Numbered from the whole stretch's first letter, positions 36,346-50,183 are shown. The stretch is 60,291 nucleotides of DNA, filler included, from Sphacelaria rigidula (GCA_964200075.2; 9 parts of 9 records of this genome joined end to end with filler, not necessarily neighbours in it); one strand, 5' to 3'. Program-made: numbers and translations. The notes: a model not told the origin generated them from the sequence alone.

Positions 36346-38455
36346 TTTGTGTCACGAGTGTTGACGCGGTGCGGGAGTGCTGATCCAACTCGTAAGACCA
36401 AAATGAAAGGCTCGCATCGGGGAGAAATGGGTCGATCCCTTGAGACCATGAACTCGTTCCGGGAATGGGGAGAGATCCAAACTTCCACAAGAAGAGAAGT
36501 GTTAGTCGTGGAAATATCGGGCTGACGGACGAACTTGTAAAGAGAGCATCGGCATAGAAACAGCGGGATTCATGCGTACAGTAGTGGCTGGAACAAGCGA
36601 GGCGATGTTGCTGTTGTCTTTGACTTCACAATAAAACCGTTTCGATGTCTGCGCATAACTCCGTGCTGAGTTTCTCATGCGAACGCCTTCCGTGGTCACA
36701 GGCTGAATACCTGAAATACGGTATAAGGGGGGAAAAGCAATGAAATCAGACTCGGAAATATTCACACAGACGCAATGCGCAACAAAAAGAAGAAGAAACA
36801 TAGGGGTCAAAATGCCCGAGCGATCTCTCCTGCTTGTTCCTTTTTCAAACGTCCGGGGTCATGCAGTCGGAGGGAACATCGCGACGCCTTTATCAAAGGA
36901 CAAATAAAGGATGACCGGCTTCTTGTTTGGAGAGCACTACCATGTCGCCAGCGAGTTTGGTGATCCAGTACCCTTGTTGATCTTTCGAAATACGAGGGTC
37001 TTTTCGTATCCTCGATTGAAATGGAGACGTCAGAGGTCATGTACATGTACCTTTACGTGAGAATGTCAGACCCCGTCAACCCGAACCGGTGAAATGAGTA
37101 CTGATGCTGCCCTTGCTACACATGTCTGCACACGTCATGCCGCGAAGACAAGCCCAGATATGGTACTTCTTGTCTTTTCCCGTCGCAACGTTCTGCACGA
37201 CTGAGAGCTGGCTTCCGGCGCAGATGTCGTGGTGCTCTCGTATGAGTAAGCAACAAATCCATCAAATAGGACAAAACGTTGTCAACGATCAGGCATATAC
37301 GTGAGAATGCGCATACGCTATGAAGATACGCACGCGTCAGCAGTAAGCAGCCAGCTGCCCTCATCGGGTCGTAGTGTGAAAATCGCAGTGCGAACTACCG
37401 TAAGTCCCCGGATGGTCGGCCAGTATGCACGGTACGCTCTGAGATGCTCACACAGTTGTCCCGAACATACCCATTGGTGCTTGGCTCGGCGACCTTTGTG
37501 GGTGTTTCTTGGTTGGATCAGCCTGCAGTTGACCCTAGAAGACGGGAAAACCCCAGCAGTATATGTACGTCCAGATGGTCGTCCAGACATGATGGTATTA
37601 TTTTCAACTACGCCTCGCCGAAACACGTATGTGCTGGATCAGGGTTAACGGGTAAGGTGGAACGCAGGGTTTGGTTTGTTCAACTAAATGTTTGTTCCCC
37701 GCGTAGTCGTAGAATCTATTATTTTATTCCCCACCCTCCCTACCTGCCTCTCGGCGACGCAGCAAACTCTAACTCGCTCCGACTGTTGCCCACAACCGTC
37801 GCAGAAAGATGGCGACACAAAAGAACAGCGACGATCCGGGGGATATCGAAGGGGGATCGCAAGAAGACCAAGGGAGAGCTTCGCCACCCGGCGTAGTCTT
37901 GAATGAAATTGACAGGCGAGTCCGAACATCCAAAGATAGCTTTGCGGCTGATCAGGTCAAGCCCAACCACAGCGAACTCTGGTCGGACGCAAAAACACAT
38001 CGACCCCGCTGATAAACCATTTTGGAACGTGTAGGATGGGGAAATTACGTTCTTGACACCGTAGAATGACGTTTTGGATATAGCTTCGGTCAAATCTGAG
38101 GATATGTGGTGGGGAGGTCTCAAACGCGACATCACTGAGGTCGATTCTACGCTCTTGACATGGGTGTGGTAGTTGGACAAAAACCAAACGGCAAACGATG
38201 TTGTGTCGGCCTCAGGAAGCGATTTGGGCGTGAGTATTGTTGCATGGAAAATATTGTGTTTACCACCGTAACACCGTACACAGGGCCACCGTGTCATCGT
38301 GCTACCCACCCCGGAACGCTCACTCCAGTACCCAAGGTTGGGAACCCTTATACCGAATGTGACATTCACGGTTTCTCGTATGGTGAAGACGGGTGTGGTC
38401 GTGCCCGGGATGAAGCATGCAACTTGCCCCCGGCGGTTGTACCCACCATGCCGAT

Positions 38456-38718
38456 GGGCGGGTGGAGGGGGGGCACTCATTTGTTGCTTGCCTTGGTCGT
38501 TTGGCCATTGACCACACATCCCTTTCGAGACGGAGCAACGTTTCTACTCCCAATAGAGACACCACCAGCATGTGGGCGATCATTGCGTTCCCCCTGTACA
38601 CAAAAAAAAAATTGACACATCGTATCTCCGTCCTGTTTCGCCGCCTGGGACCACCATGTACTTCCTAGTATGGCAGTCGTTCTCTCGCTATCGTCTAATG
38701 AACCAAAATATTTTATTC
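38456..38718 (-). mobile_element. LINE 3' segment with C-rich tail
   Basis: Encodes TAILGSTWWSQAAKQDGD...SRKGCVVNGQTTKASNK*, homologous to 7160-7400. Confidence 0.9.
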
Positions 38719-40164
38719 TGGTCGAGAACACAGCGAGTAAAGCCACAGGGAAGAAACTGGTCGTATGAAACAGAGCAGAAAAAGAGTAGCATTAAGAAGT
38801 AAATATGGCTATAGGAGTACTGAGAGAGGCGCACGCGAGATGGATGTCGAGCAAAACTACGGCAGGATGGGAGGAGTATACTGAAGCTGGAAAGGACGTA
38901 CAAAATGTGGTACAGAAGAAGAAGGAAGAAAAATGGGAAGATGTAGTGAATAAATCAAATGAAGAGTTTGATGGCGGGATGAAACAAATGTGGGTGGGGG
39001 AAAAGGTATAATGGGAAAGCAAGCAAGAAAAATAGACAGCGGGAAAGCCACACCCCGGGCACTAAACAGTAAAATGGTCAGTCGGTCGAAGGGGAAGAGG
39101 GAAGTGCTAGTCGAGCACTACCGTAGACTAGGAATACCAGAAAATAATAAAAACTTCGAGAAGGAATTCGAAAAAGAGATCAAGGAGTGGGCAGGAACAA
39201 ATGTAGAGGCGTCAAAACGGGAGGATAGTGGCTCGAAAGAATTGCAAAGAGAGTTTACCAGAGATGAAATGAAGGAGTGCGTAGCTAACCTCAAGAACAG
39301 AGACGCAGCAGGGGCAGACGAAATAGTGCATGGAGTTCTAAAGTACGGCGGGGAGGGAATGATCACCATGATGGTCATGCTGTACAACTGGATCTGTGAT
39401 AGCGAGTACGCACTTAAGAGGTGGAAAGAAGGAGTAGTCGTCAACCAAAAGCTGGCCCAGGGAACCACAGAGGGATGACGCTACTAAGCACGGTAGAGAA
39501 AACGTTCTGTAAGATTTTGAATGAAGAGTAGGAGCGATGCTAGAAAAGGACGAAAACATCAGCGAGGCACAAGCAGGATTTAGACCAAACCGTAGTTGCG
39601 TAGACCATGTGTACACACCAGGTAAGATTATTCAAGGTAGGAAAGACGCCGGGCTGACAACGTACCGTCTCTGTCTGGACGTGCAAATGGTTTGTGACAC
39701 AGTATGGAGAAATTGGTTGAGGGAAACGTTGTGGGAAGGAGGTGGGAAGCTGGGATCAGAGCAAATATGTGGAAAATGGTGTCGAAGATGACAGAATATT
39801 CCAAACGTGACATGATGTTAGACGGGGGGAAATCGAAATATTTCGATATATCGCAAGGAGTTTCACAAGGGTGGACGTTATCACCCACTCTATTCAAGGT
39901 ATTTATCAATGAACTAATACTAGCGATAGAAGCAGCGAATCAAGGAGTCAAGGTGGGTGAAGAAATGGTGTCAGGTTTGATGTCAGCGGATCATTTTGTG
40001 GGGAAATCAGGAACAGCAAAAGGATTGCAAAAACAGTAGGGAAATACTCTAGAATACACTAGGGAATGGAGAGTGACAGCGAACGTCAACAAATGCGCAG
40101 TACTCGTCTGTAATGAAGATGAGAAACTTCCGGTAAAGTTCAAATAGAAATGGGGAGAAGAGGA
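38719..40164 (+). mobile_element. LINE ORF2 internal segment (RT N-terminal half), decayed, inverted relative to 38456-38718
   Basis: QAGFRPNRSCVDH, GVSQGWTLSPTLFKVFINEL, LMSADHFVG; homologous to the reverse complement of 8340-9773. Confidence 0.92.
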
Positions 40165-40958
40165 NNNNNNNNNNNNNNNNNNNNNNNNNNNNNNNNNNNN
40201 NNNNNNNNTTAATTAATTAANNNNNNNNNNNNNNNNNNNNNNNNNNNNNNNNNNNNNNNNNNNNGTTTTCGCGTTTCTGGCCATTTTTTGTACCTTTCTT
40301 GGGCAAAAAACGATAAGGTATACCTTTTCTAGTCCATTGCTCTTAAAAAATCGTTCCGGTAACTGCGCAGTGGTGTACTGGGCATCTGACTCGGACGTCT
40401 TCCGTGGTCACATGCTACCACCCTATGCTAAGGTAAAAGGAAAATCAGGCAATAAAATCGGACCTACGAAAAATTCACACAGACGCGATACAAGAAAAAC
40501 AAAACAAAGCAAAACAAGAGCGAAGAAGGCGAAAAGAAAAAGACGGAAGAAAAAACCTATCCTTGGACCTCTGAGAGGACAGCTATGCGTATGCATGAAC
40601 GAGGCAAACCAGAAAGGGCGCCACATGACACCGCCCACCGCCTCGGAGGGAGGGGTGTATCGGATTCAGCAGTTAGTAGCTTCCATCCTCTCCGTACTCT
40701 CCTTGAGACTCCCGTTTCAGTTGACTTAGTCGGCTGACCTCTTTTTCGGTATCAGTAGGTGAAAACCGACACTTATGTAGCCACGATCGTGTTCCTGCAA
40801 ACACGAACTTTAAGGCCGTTGTGTTTGCCAAGGCGAATATAGTGTTGAGCAAATCAGATAGCTGCTCGCTCACGGTGTCATGTTCACGCAGAGCTGGCAC
40901 TTGAACTACATCTATATACATCCCGACTAGGTGCTAACGTATGTCCTATTTTGAACAG

Positions 40959-43773
40959 GTGGTGGAAGTGTACAGTGCCATCGGCAAGATGCTGAAAACG
41001 TACACGGCGGGGAAGCTACCCAAGGCCTTCAAGATCATCCCATCTTTAACCAACTGGGAGCAGGTACGTTTACTCGGTGGGCAGGAGCAGGAGAATGCCT
41101 GTGAAGAGATGGACAAGTTGCAGGGCAGAAGGGAATATATCGATTTGTGCACGCGTCGGACGGCTCATGATTTACCTCAAGTACTGTCATGAATCCAAGA
41201 GGACGCTCAGATACAAAAACACGAAATATAAGACGGCAGGGTCCGAGATGTCGCGCTACTCCGCGGTCTCAGCGTCCAGTGAGCAAACGTGGAAAGCGTG
41301 ACCAAATGAGCAAGCTCGTGATCCGGATCAGTACATTACTAAGTAAGATGCAGGTAGCTCATGACCTGTCTGCCGTGTGGATATGTGCAACTTGAACTCT
41401 TGCAGCGATCTATCGCTTTGGATGGATAATCCCAAGTGATTCGAATCCTGCCGGAGCTGCGCCAAGGAAATGAAGACAACGGCTATTGTATGGCCCTTAC
41501 TTGAGTTTAACACTGCTGGATGAATATACTGTTCCGAAACGGCTACGGGCAATGTCAACACACACTACACCGGCTGACTAGGTTGTAAGGTTTTGACGAT
41601 GATTCTTCTTCGCTGACCCGATGCGCCCGTCTTTTTGCCGTGGGGTCTACGCAGGTCATTTGGCTGACTAAGCCGGAGAGCTGGTCAAACCACGCCATGC
41701 TGGCGGCGACCAAGATCTTCGCTTCCAACTTCAACGCCAAGATGGCCCAGCGATTTTATAACATATTCCTTCTGGTGAGAAACGAGTTGCAGGTAGTATT
41801 CGAGTGCAAAGCAAAAAGACGTCACGGTAGTGAAATGTCAGTAGTGCAGGATTGAACTGGCATCTTCACAAGTTGAACGCGGACACAGTGCTGTAGTAGT
41901 CGGTCCTGGGGTCAAAACAAACAGCTTGGATAGTGGCGCCACGGGCGGAGACACCGCCCTTGATTGCGCTGTGAACGAAAAATAGACGCAGGAAATTCTG
42001 CCGATCTTCCCCACACCCTGGAGCATGATGGTCGTTGCCGCCGAAACTATGCAGGTGGAAACAGTAGTGCAGCAGTAAGGCGAGTCTGGGTTGGCGCCCT
42101 TCCTGCGCAACTATCATGCTCCTTGCTGTCACCAGTTTCATTTGCTGTTGGTTTTCAACCCGACGGCTGAGTTTATTTTTCAAAACCTACTTTCATTCCA
42201 AGCTGTGGTTGCTGCTGCTGCTGCCATTGGTTCAAGCTATTCGTCCTACGGCTCTTATTCTCTGCTTCATTGCCCACACTCGAATCTGCTTTTAAAACAT
42301 GTACTTCGTACGAAGAATATTTAGCTCTGTCTACCCCTCTCGTTTTTCAATGCCAATCCGACGCGTGCACTATTCTCTCGACGCCCCGTTTTCGTGGGTT
42401 GTCACCAGCTGTAGCCCTCTCCCTTCACGTTTAGTTCGCTTGGCGTTGTTCTCGAACCCTCCTGTAGGAAGCGTGCCGAACCGACATCGCGGAGAACCGA
42501 CGGCTGAACTACCATCTCTACGAGGCGTTGCGAAAGTCGGTGTACAAACCGGCGGCATTCTACAAGGGGTTGCTGTTGCCTTTGGCATCTGCCGGTGACT
42601 GCACGTTAAGGGAAGCGGCCATATTCGCCAGCGTTCTTGCCAGAGTGAGTCAGACGAAGTGCAGGTTGGTCATGATCGACAACGATGTTGATGGTCAAAG
42701 GTCCTGTGAGGTAGCTCACGACTTGAGCACTCCGCAAGTGCTGCTGTTGAGCATACTGGTGCGTGCATGTAGTTCATGTTGAGGAGTACCAAACACGCCT
42801 GCAGGAGCATCGATTGTCATGGCGCCGCTTATATTGCCATGTCGTCTCCGCGCGGCGACTACTTGTTTGGCTACAGGTGACCATCCCGGCGAATCACTCC
42901 TCCGTCGCTCTACTGAAGCTGGCGCAGCTCCCTTACAACGGCGCGTCCTCCTTGTTCATTCGAGTGCTACTCAACAAGAAGTACGCGCTGCCGTACAAAG
43001 TGAGTCAATGCCCTCAGCCCCGTTACCCCACCTCTTTACCCGAGTCAGTTCACCTATGGCCTCGCCGTGGAACAATCCATGGGGAACCTGCAGTAGCCGT
43101 CACTATTTTCATAGCGATGTACCAACTAAACGTGAACGTCTGGCTGCCTACCTCTGGTCTTGCAACACCAGTACCCCTCTCGCATACGCAGTGGAGTTAT
43201 ATACCAATTTGACTACACAATCCGCCCATGGTTTGACTTGAGTGTCAACACCAAGAGATGGAATCTTTAGTGAAGCTGAAAGCCCCGCGCGCTCCTAGCG
43301 TGCGCAGAACGCGTTTCTCTCCAACTCGGCGCCGGCGTAAATTTGAGGTCTGCCAACGCATATGTTGCTTAGGGAACCCTGTGCACCCCCCTTGCCCGAG
43401 GATTTTCGGTATGCGTTGGGTTGGGGTTGAGGTTGGCGGTATTTGTAAAATGTGTCAACCATTGGTAGTTTATAGCCGAACTACGGCCTCCTCATGCGAG
43501 ACGGTGAATGCATAAAAAAACCTCGTAGGTCATCTCTCTCCGACCCGCTCGTGGCCTTTTCATTTCATTTCATTACCTCAATCTCGCTTGAATTTTCCGT
43601 GGATGTGGCGTTAACTATCCCCACCACAGGTAATCGATACATTGGTGGACCACTTCATGACGTTCACCACAGAAACGCGCGTACTGCCCGTGCTTTGGCA
43701 CCAGAGCCTCCTTGTATTGGCGCAGCGGTATCGCGGAGACATAACTCGTCGGGATAAGGATCGACTAAAGGAG
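40959..43773 (+). CDS. BYSL: Bystin / ENP1 (40S ribosome biogenesis), internal exons 40959-41063, 41655-41774, 42468-42644, 42877-42999, 43630-43773
   Basis: Five phase-0 GT-AG exons give ...[51 protein letters not shown]... [34 protein letters not shown]...CTLREA... [14 protein letters not shown]...[22 protein letters not shown]...[10 protein letters not shown]. These are conserved bystin motifs. Confidence 0.95.
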
Positions 43774-46700
43774 GTGAGGAGGAATAACTAAAATGCGCAC
43801 ACCATAGCTGTACTACTTTTGGTGAAATATTCAAATATTCAGTCAGACAGACTGCCGTTGCTTGCATTCCGCCACATTTTCCCTGATGGGGGCGAAAATG
43901 TCCAGGACCCGTCGTTCATCGCCGCTGAAACCTTCATCTAGCGTTGCACCCGGCTGGTGTGACTCGACCCTGGAAACGTTACGTTCAACATCAATGGTTT
44001 GATTCCGGAAACTCGATGTACGGGTTGGGAATTTGACACGTCACACGTACAAAATGGCCCTTATCCACTCGTTTCTGAATCTCCACATCTGACCGAGAGT
44101 CCCCCATTGCACCCCCAGTCGGACTGCGTTATTTTTGTTTTGCATTTGATGAACCCTTGAGCAAACACAGCGTGCCAACGACCAATTCAGCCTGTTCCGC
44201 AGGTGGTCATGAACAGATGTAACAAGTGTCGTGAATGATCAGCGTCTCAGTACATCCGCGTATACGTGTGTAGGGCATGAAAATAACCAGGAAGGACTAC
44301 TACAGTCACGGCAGGACATTCCACGAGCATGGCTACAGCTTGGTCGGTGCGCTATCTGTCGATGTGATGCATTCACACCGCGTGCAGTGGACAAAACGAT
44401 ATCAAACAGCCGTGCATTCCTGTACGGTCGTTTGTGCTGCGTTTACTGAGGACGAAGAATTCCCGGTACACGGCACTGGCCTACGTGATCCTGGATCTAT
44501 CCCCCGTATTTACCCAGAACGCCCTGTGTACAGAGTGACGCGTGTGTACCGAGAACGCCCCATGTGTACCCAGAATGCTCCCTGTAGAATCTTCTTTTTA
44601 CTTGTCTCCACTTTATTTGTACTGTATTTGAATGTGTTGGAACGTTGTCGGTGTTCCGCAGTCTCAGTTCATGAAACGTTTCCTCGATCAAATACCTCGA
44701 GATGATTGGAACAATGGACAACGAAAAAAATGTGGGATTCAGATCGCGACCTATTCTTCAGATCCTGGGCCATTTTGTAGATTCTATAGCTGCCGTGAAT
44801 AACGGACTGTACAGTCCATTCACCCCTAGCAAAGGTTAAAACCTTCACTCGTTGGAACATTATTCCGTGTGTTTTACAGTTCGTCGATGTGACAGAATCA
44901 GTCAATTGAACAAAGACTCAGTAGCTTGGTCGGATGTAATCGGAGTAGAGAAATACATCCGACATAATGTTCTCACGAGTAGGGGCATCATCCTTGGTTT
45001 AGCGTGTGTCGGCTGAAGAGTCTATCAAGGGTCGGACGAATTTATGATTCGTCTGAAAGTTGCTTGATCTTAGTGTAGTTGATTCGTACCGTACGAACCG
45101 ATTCTTGAGCTTTGTTTTCAGCGTTGCAACCCACGCACGTGGAATGGTCCAAGAACTGCGTAAAGATCTTTTTGACCAGCGGTCAACATTTTCTTCTCTT
45201 TTTTGAGTAACCAGGCCTGAAATATCGGTTCTGTATGATGCAAAAAAAAAATTCCACATGTATTTGTTCGGTTCTGTATGATGTGTAATACAATGAATGT
45301 ATTTAACTCATGAATCAATCAATTAATTAGTTCATTGGTTGGTTGGGAATGGATGGTTGGATGGTCTGTTCAGAAAAAAAATGGACAAGGAGAAAGACTA
45401 TATTATGCAGTACATAATTTTTTTATCTTCGTCATTCGGCGGCGGTACCTTGTGTCACCGGGTTAGTCTTCAATGCACAGCGGTATGCCCAAGTCACGCT
45501 GGTTTGAGAAACCTATGAAGTTGTGGTGTGGAAAGCGGCTGCGGGAGTTACGACTGGCCCAGTTCGTATCCCTCTTGCGGAGCAGCAGTAATGGCATCGA
45601 TGATTTCGACATATAGCCCAATGCGCGGGTATTGCTTCTGATCTGTGGATCGCCATTATTATTGGGTAGAAGAAGCTTCACGACCTCGCAGACGAATTCT
45701 CATCTACCGAGCGACTCAAACAATGTGTAAGTGGCGCGAAAGAGTGGGAGGGTCCGTAACTCAACGGCCTCCCAGGGACGTTACGCGCCAAAATCAATTA
45801 TCCGTCGTTGCTCTTGCATGGTACACTTGTACTTGTGCTTTTGTACTTCGGATGTCTTGCCTTCAAGATGCTCCTCAGACTTGCGCTGCACAAGCGTCGT
45901 GTCTGGTGAGCATAAACGGGAAGATACACCTTGCTCTCTCTCGAGTTATGTTGAGCGATACTAGCGTCGTTTTGTCGCGCGTTGACGGGTTGGTTTGTTG
46001 GGTTTGGGCTGGTTGGTTGAATGCGTGTCGAGTGATGAATAATCGAAGAATCCATAAGCGAGAGTGTCTCCTGATTGATGGACCGGCGATGAGATTCTAA
46101 TATTTGATTTCGAGGAAGACTGGATGTATCTCCTGTTGACAACGTTTTCGTGAAATTCAGAGTAGAGCGCTGATTAAGAGTGGCTTTCGCCATTCGCTTC
46201 ACGAGCTGGGTCAGCCTAGACACGGATTTGAGGTCTCAAGCAATATCTCGTCGACACGGACGAGTTGGGCCACATGATCCGCATACTGTATTAATCGTAC
46301 AAGCAAGGGGAAGGTGCCCATCTGCTCGAACGTTTGGGCCCATATTTTCTCGCTGATTGAACCCCATGTCTAGTAATTCCTATACCTAACGGAGATAGCG
46401 CCCGTACTAAACTCCGTATGAAACCCGCGATCGATGCATTCAGCGGATGACGACGAATTTTGGTGTGGACATTCGCTGGAGTACGGGGAGACGATAAGTA
46501 CCCAATCACCTAATTCGTAATCTATCTCGAGATAGGGCCCACATCAGTCCACACTAGAACCAGTATATTACGGGCAGAGGTACTAGATGAACTGAATCTG
46601 GATATCGCGTCTCAGTTTTTGAGAGTTATGCTAAGAAATTTCGTACGGAGAAATGCTAGTGCATAATGAAGCTTGGAAAAAACTTCTTCATCTTTTTCGG

Positions 46701-46973
46701 GTTTTGGGGCAGTTCTGAGGAGAACTTTGAGTGCTCTTGGGCCTTATCTCCACTTTTTAGCTCAATTTCTAGCATTGTGATTTGACACTCAGGATGAAGA
46801 ACCACAGAGGTATGCAAAAAAAAGAAGGGTATTCACTTTGGGGGGGGGGTGTACTCATGATCATGCTTGCCATNNNNNNNNNNNNNNNNNNNNNNNNNNN
46901 NNNNNNNNNNNNNNNNNTTAATTAATTAANNNNNNNNNNNNNNNNNNNNNNNNNNNNNNNNNNNNNNNNNNNN

Positions 46974-47388
46974 TGGGCTGCATCCTGCTAAGATTGTGGG
47001 GCCCGAAGCCTACTGATAATCTTGCATCAGGATGACAGCCTCCAATGAGTTGCTTCATTTTCTGGTATCGCCACTTCCAGAGACAGCCACGGCATATACA
47101 CTGCTTTATGGGGGTCTCAAAATTTAAACACGACGTAGTACGATCATCTCCCTTGTGCGGAGTTGAGGTGCTCCCACGCCGCACAACATGATCTAGCTGG
47201 ACTGCCATCGTGATTACCGCAAAAAAATAAATAGTCGCAAAAAAAATCGGTAACCTGGTTGTCTAGCTAGCTTACGCAGTGAGTGGCGTGTTTTACAGCG
47301 TCCTCGCCAACCGACGCCAACCCCATCGGGGATCCGCCTCCTACAAAGCCGGGACAGAGCACGCCGGGTTCTCGCCGGACCAGGCTGA
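46974..47388 (-). mobile_element. SINE-like family 2 body and head, with block A upstream
   Basis: Collinear with 6711-7118. Confidence 0.75.
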
Positions 47389-47609
47389 TAGCTACTTCCC
47401 TGGGGGGGACTATCGCAGCATCACTTCAATACAGTAGAAAAAAACGAAATATGGAGGCCACAAAATAATGACCGAAGTACACACACGCCTCTCAACTCCT
47501 TCGAAACACCAACGGGATCTGCGAGAATCACACTCCGCTATACCGTTGCGTTTTGCTGATTGTCGTATGTTTTCGATGGTGAAGAAAACAGGGATCGGGG
47601 TGAAATTAT

Positions 47610-47742
47610 CAGGGCTCTTTACGGTATAGGTCGCACGTACGTTACACGTCACAAACGTCACGCCACAAGGGTGTGACGTGACGTGACGTATAATTTTCAA
47701 GACGTCACATTTGTGACGTAACGTGTAACGTGAAGAGCCCTG
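47610..47742. mobile_element. hAT-type MITE (133 bp) with 8-bp target-site duplication
   Basis: TIRs cagggctctttacg / cgtgaagagccctg; flanks gaaattat (47602-47609) and gaaactat (47743-47750); repeated gtcac/gtgac subterminal motifs. Confidence 0.8.
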
Positions 47743-48137
47743 GAAACTATCGTTGATTCGAGTCACCAAACCTACGATTTCTGAAGCCTGATTGCTACTT
47801 GAAAAAGAATATCGAAAGAAAAATCATCACGAGTCAAGAAAACATTCCCTTGCACTTATTTTGCGCTGATCTACGAGTCTCGGGGGTGCGCTTGTGTCCC
47901 TGGGGTGCAAGCACTGAAAAGAAAGCCCAAGGATTGATTCGTACGACACGAATCAATCACTGTAAAAACAGGTTATTTTCAGGGACGAATTAATATTCGG
48001 CCAGCCCTTGAAAGAAAAATCACATCGGCAGAGTTCGTACATCACCAGTCACTCCGTAACATAATCAGTACAGTACTCGTACAGCAAAATCGTTGCAAGG
48101 CCTGCGAACACACAGAGACAGCATACACGTATATATA

Positions 48138-48515
48138 CAGCGCATTCTCAAAAATGGGGTTGAACAAAGCAATGAGGTCCGAGTCAAAAACAGTGCTTTC
48201 CCTGACCTAACGTCATGGCAAATGACTTTCATGTGGACGAACTCCCCGAAACTATTTCAGGGGATTTCTACCCTTCCGTTCTCCCGAAGGGTGTGTGCGA
48301 AAGCACAATTTTTGGGCCAAAAAGCATCCTTTTTTTCAACCCGAAGTCGAGGCAAAAATGCTGTAGGCTGGAAATCCCCTGAAGTAGTTTTAGGGAGGTC
48401 GGGAGGGGTGAGGTGGTCCCTATAAAAGTCATTTGCCATGACTTTAAGTCAGGGAAAGCACAGCTTTTGAGTTGAACCTCATTTTTTTTTCGACCCGATT
48501 CTTGAGAATCCGCTG
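48138..48515. mobile_element. Tc1/mariner-type MITE with long inverted repeats
   Basis: TA|cagcgcattctcaa ... ttgagaatccgctg. Internal inverted matches include gtgctttccctgac/gtcagggaaagcac, gtcatggcaaatgacttt/aaagtcatttgccatgac and ttcaggggattt/aaatcccctgaa. Sits in a TA-rich site. Confidence 0.75.
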
Positions 48516-49677
48516 TTTATATACAGGTATATATTTATATATATGAACTACAGGCGCCGGATACGCTAGCCCTCAGTTCTTTTGTCTTTTCCCCTTCTCA
48601 AGTTCCCTTTTAGCAAGTGCTCCCGTTTTGTTTACTCCCCCCCTTTTAGCGAGTGTTCCCGTTTTGTTTACAACTTTCCTTTCAGCGATTGGTCCCATTT
48701 TGTTCATCTTTTGGAGGGAGGAGTATCGGGGATACCTGGGCTGGATCTACCGGCGATCACTTAGTGTGCGACCATCAATTAACCAATTGATCAACAAATC
48801 AGTAGCCTGCTGCAGTGCCTACAACGGTTTTCCTCCCAGCAGGCAATTTGGACACTACGTTAAGACAGCCGAACACTATGCGAGGTAAACACAAGGTTCT
48901 TCACCACACCAAAACAAAGGGGGTTGTCAACTCAATCAAGATGATGTACTGTATGAGCTGGCCCAGCTGACCGTGAACTTTTCAAGTTGTCGGGCCAGGC
49001 GGTTGGTAATTCGAAGAGTTAGGCGCTGAAATTTTGACACGATATTTTCACCATAAACACGCGCAACTTGTGAAAATTTGCAAAAATAAATAAAAAGGAG
49101 CAGAGCAGGGAAAATGCTATTACTCCGTGAAAAGTAAGAAATACGGCGGCACCTTCTTAGACGTTGTGGGCACTTGCGTGCAGGAAATCCTGGTGGAATT
49201 TCAGCCAAACATATCTCAAATTGGGCGCAGCCGGGCAGTTTTTGTGTGACACCGCTGTGCCCGTTTAATCCACGTCATACAGGAGACTCCAGTTATGGAG
49301 GTCACGAGTTCAAATCCCGACATATTCTCTTTTTTTTTTTTCATTTCGTCGTTATTTAAGGTCATATATAAATGCAGTCCATTTGTCTTCATGTTTTTTT
49401 CCATTCAGCGGCGGTGCGCTGCGCAACGAGGTTAATCTGCAGTTACTGCACAGCGGTATGCTCAAGTCGGGTTGCTTTAGTAAACTTGATAAGTTATGGT
49501 ATGAAAAGCAAATGTGGGAAATGCTGCTAGCCCAGCTCGTAGCAAATGAACGCAGTATCTACATGCGACATCAAAATGACAAAAAAATGAAAAGCCGAGT
49601 ACATAATCGCATCTGTGTGAATCATTTCTGGGTCCGATTTTATTTCATGATTTTTCTTTCACCCTAGCTTGGGGTAG

Positions 49678-50010
49678 TTAGCCTGTGACCACGGGAGACG
49701 TCCGCATCAAATGCCCAGTACCGAGTGTGTGTGTCGTATGTGCTGTCGTCCCATCTATTCTGGACGCCGGTCTACACCTTTCGGTATATGTGAGCGCAAC
49801 AGCCGGGGTCACACAGGAGGAACGCCAAAACACGGGAATTTCGTTATTTTATTTTCTGGTTCTCCACCTCCCTTCTGCGGTGCTTGCCTTTCATTTTTAT
49901 CGCGAGAGGGGTTCAGCAGTCCCTTTCCTTCATCGACAATTACGTCGAACAGAGTACTGCGCACATCATATCGAAACGGTTTTTAATGTGAAGGCAACAA
50001 CAGCAACAGC

Positions 50011-50077
<67 letters not shown>
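49678..50077 (+). mobile_element. Family 3 copy with a (CAA/CAG)n tail, interrupted by a SINE family 1 insertion (about 49725-49950, minus strand)
   Basis: The halves gcctgtgaccacgg...cccagtacc and gtactgcgca...taatgtgaag-(CAA)n are contiguous in the 24344-24450 copy. Confidence 0.7.
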
Positions 50078-50183
50078 AAAACCCGACCGTCAACACCTAC
50101 TGTTACAAAAAAAAACACGGCTGTGATTTTTCTCGTGTCGAGCGATCAACGAGCAACGGGTCAACGAGTAACGGGTCACCTAC

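Noticed and set aside
44203..44238. Candidate last bystin exon (cag|VVMNRCNKCRE*)
   Set aside because: It does not resemble the conserved bystin C-terminus (H..I..E.RREL-like); the true exon is probably outside the contig.
49230..49340. tRNA-like element (gagttcaaatccc followed by a T run)
   Set aside because: B-box-like motif only; no convincing A box or cloverleaf.
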